From NCBI GenBank assembly GCA_052390235.1, contig JBQTHB010000003.1:1-64000 (forward strand): DNA of 64,000 nucleotides, read 5' to 3'. This DNA is from Deltaproteobacteria bacterium (GTDB lineage Bacteria; Desulfobacterota_D; UBA1144; Nemesobacterales; CSP1-2). Position 1 is the first letter of the stretch. Each line of letters opens with the position of its first letter. Shown piece after piece: positions 63,093-64,000 of the stretch. The translations under genes were made by a program, and so were the position numbers. The notes below the pieces were generated by a model. That model was not told where the DNA came from. It was given only the letters and a program-made list of their open reading frames with translations, and ran no database searches.

Positions 63093-63300
63093 AAATCTTA
63101 TTTAGATTTCCCGCTACACTCGAAATGACAGGGAGCGAGAGAGTGGCGGAATAACGGGGGACGAAGGGGCAAAAATGGCAAAAAGTTGCGATTACAAATA
63201 ATTTTGAACGCCTCACTTCTGTCATTCCGAACGCACAGAGGAACCCGATTCAAGATTTCTTGGCAATTTTCCACCGAGCGAAGCGGAACATCTCGATTTA
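63093..63300. repeat. REP-like palindromic repeats, same family as 3633-3803
   Basis: 63104-63130 reverse complement is TGTCATTTCGAGTGTAGCGGGAAATCT; 63220-63244 is TGTCATTCCGAACGCACAGAGGAAC. Confidence 0.65.
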
Positions 63301-63365
63301 AATTCATGTTAATACAAGATTCTAATCCAGGTAATTAACTTTTCATTATGCGTTAATTCGTGGTT

Positions 63366-64000
63366 TCAAACGGCGCGTGTTTTCAGTTCCAATTTCCAAA
63401 ACTCCTCGGCGAGCCTGCCAAACTCCTCAATCGAAAGCGTCTCGGCGCGCCTTCGCCCGTCAATCGCGGCGAGTTTCAATATCTCCTCCGCCTCGCTCTT
63501 GGGAATCGCCGACGATAGGGAATTTACCAGCATCTTGCGCCTTGCCGAGAACGACGCCCTCACCACTGCTCTAAAGGATTTCTCATCGGCAATGCGAATT
63601 CTCGAAGTAGCCAGAGGGGCAAACCTCAGCACAACCGAATGCACTTTCGGGCGGGGCCAAAAAGCCTCAGGCGGAACGGCAAGCCTCAGCGCAACATCCA
63701 TAAATGCCTGCACGAGAACCGAAATCGAGCCGTAGTCCCTGCCCCCAGGGGGCGCGGCAAGCCTCTGTCCGACCTCTCTTTGCACCATTAGCACGAGCGA
63801 CGAGAACATATCCCGCTCCTCAAGGAGTTTCATCAATATCGGAGTGGAGACGCTATACGGCAGGTTCGAGACGACTTTCATTCGCCCGCCCTGATGTACA
63901 TCGCGAAAATTCACCAAAAGCGCGTCCGCCACAACGATTCTCACGTTGCCCATTTGGGATGTCGCCTCCGTCAAACGCTCGATGAGCCGGGTGTCCTTCT
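63366..64000 (-). CDS. rsmA: 16S rRNA dimethyladenosine transferase (5'-partial)
   Basis: (E)KD, VSNLPYSVSTP, MVQREV, YGSISV, PRPKVHS, RRAETLS; frame runs off the window end. Confidence 0.95.
   Translation of the reverse strand, partial: KDTRLIERLTEATSQMGNVRIVVADALLVNFRDVHQGGRMKVVSNLPYSVSTPILMKLLEERDMFSSLVLMVQREVGQRLAAPPGGRDYGSISVLVQAFMDVALRLAVPPEAFWPRPKVHSVVLRFAPLATSRIRIADEKSFRAVVRASFSARRKMLVNSLSSAIPKSEAEEILKLAAIDGRRRAETLSIEEFGRLAEEFWKLELKTRAV

Overview
Bacterial chromosomal window, about 95% coding and made up mostly of housekeeping genes. The gene content looks like a Deltaproteobacteria/Desulfobacterota-type organism, possibly Ca. Dadabacteria; this taxonomy is a tentative inference. It carries phoB-phoR, dksA-nadD-rsfS, SRAP, carA, metH, a group II PLP decarboxylase, a group-2 sigma-70 factor, guaB-guaA, a MoxR AAA+/VWA fusion, mltG, proB, tRNA-Gly(GCC), trxA, gcvT-H-P, two parvulin PPIases, mfd, a CCA-adding enzyme, ETF-QO, an isolated nuoG-nuoH pair, xseA, a vapBC-type TA pair, a cusCBA-type heavy-metal efflux operon, dacB and a partial rsmA. 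I saw no integrase, transposase, CRISPR array or rRNA. The most notable features are: (1) an A9 slippage tract exactly at the AAA/linker boundary of the MoxR-VWA fusion, which could yield two subunits from one gene; (2) a 771-bp integrase-less TA cassette bounded by a 78-bp duplication of the cusA 3' end; (3) a Cys/His-rich, Pro-Pro-containing leader ORF with competing RNA repeats ahead of the cus operon; (4) a consensus sigma-54 promoter plus IHF site in front of a sigma-70 gene; (5) apparent non-canonical start codons (cca, rsfS) and several near-leaderless genes. All calls come from reading motifs by eye; no searches were run.
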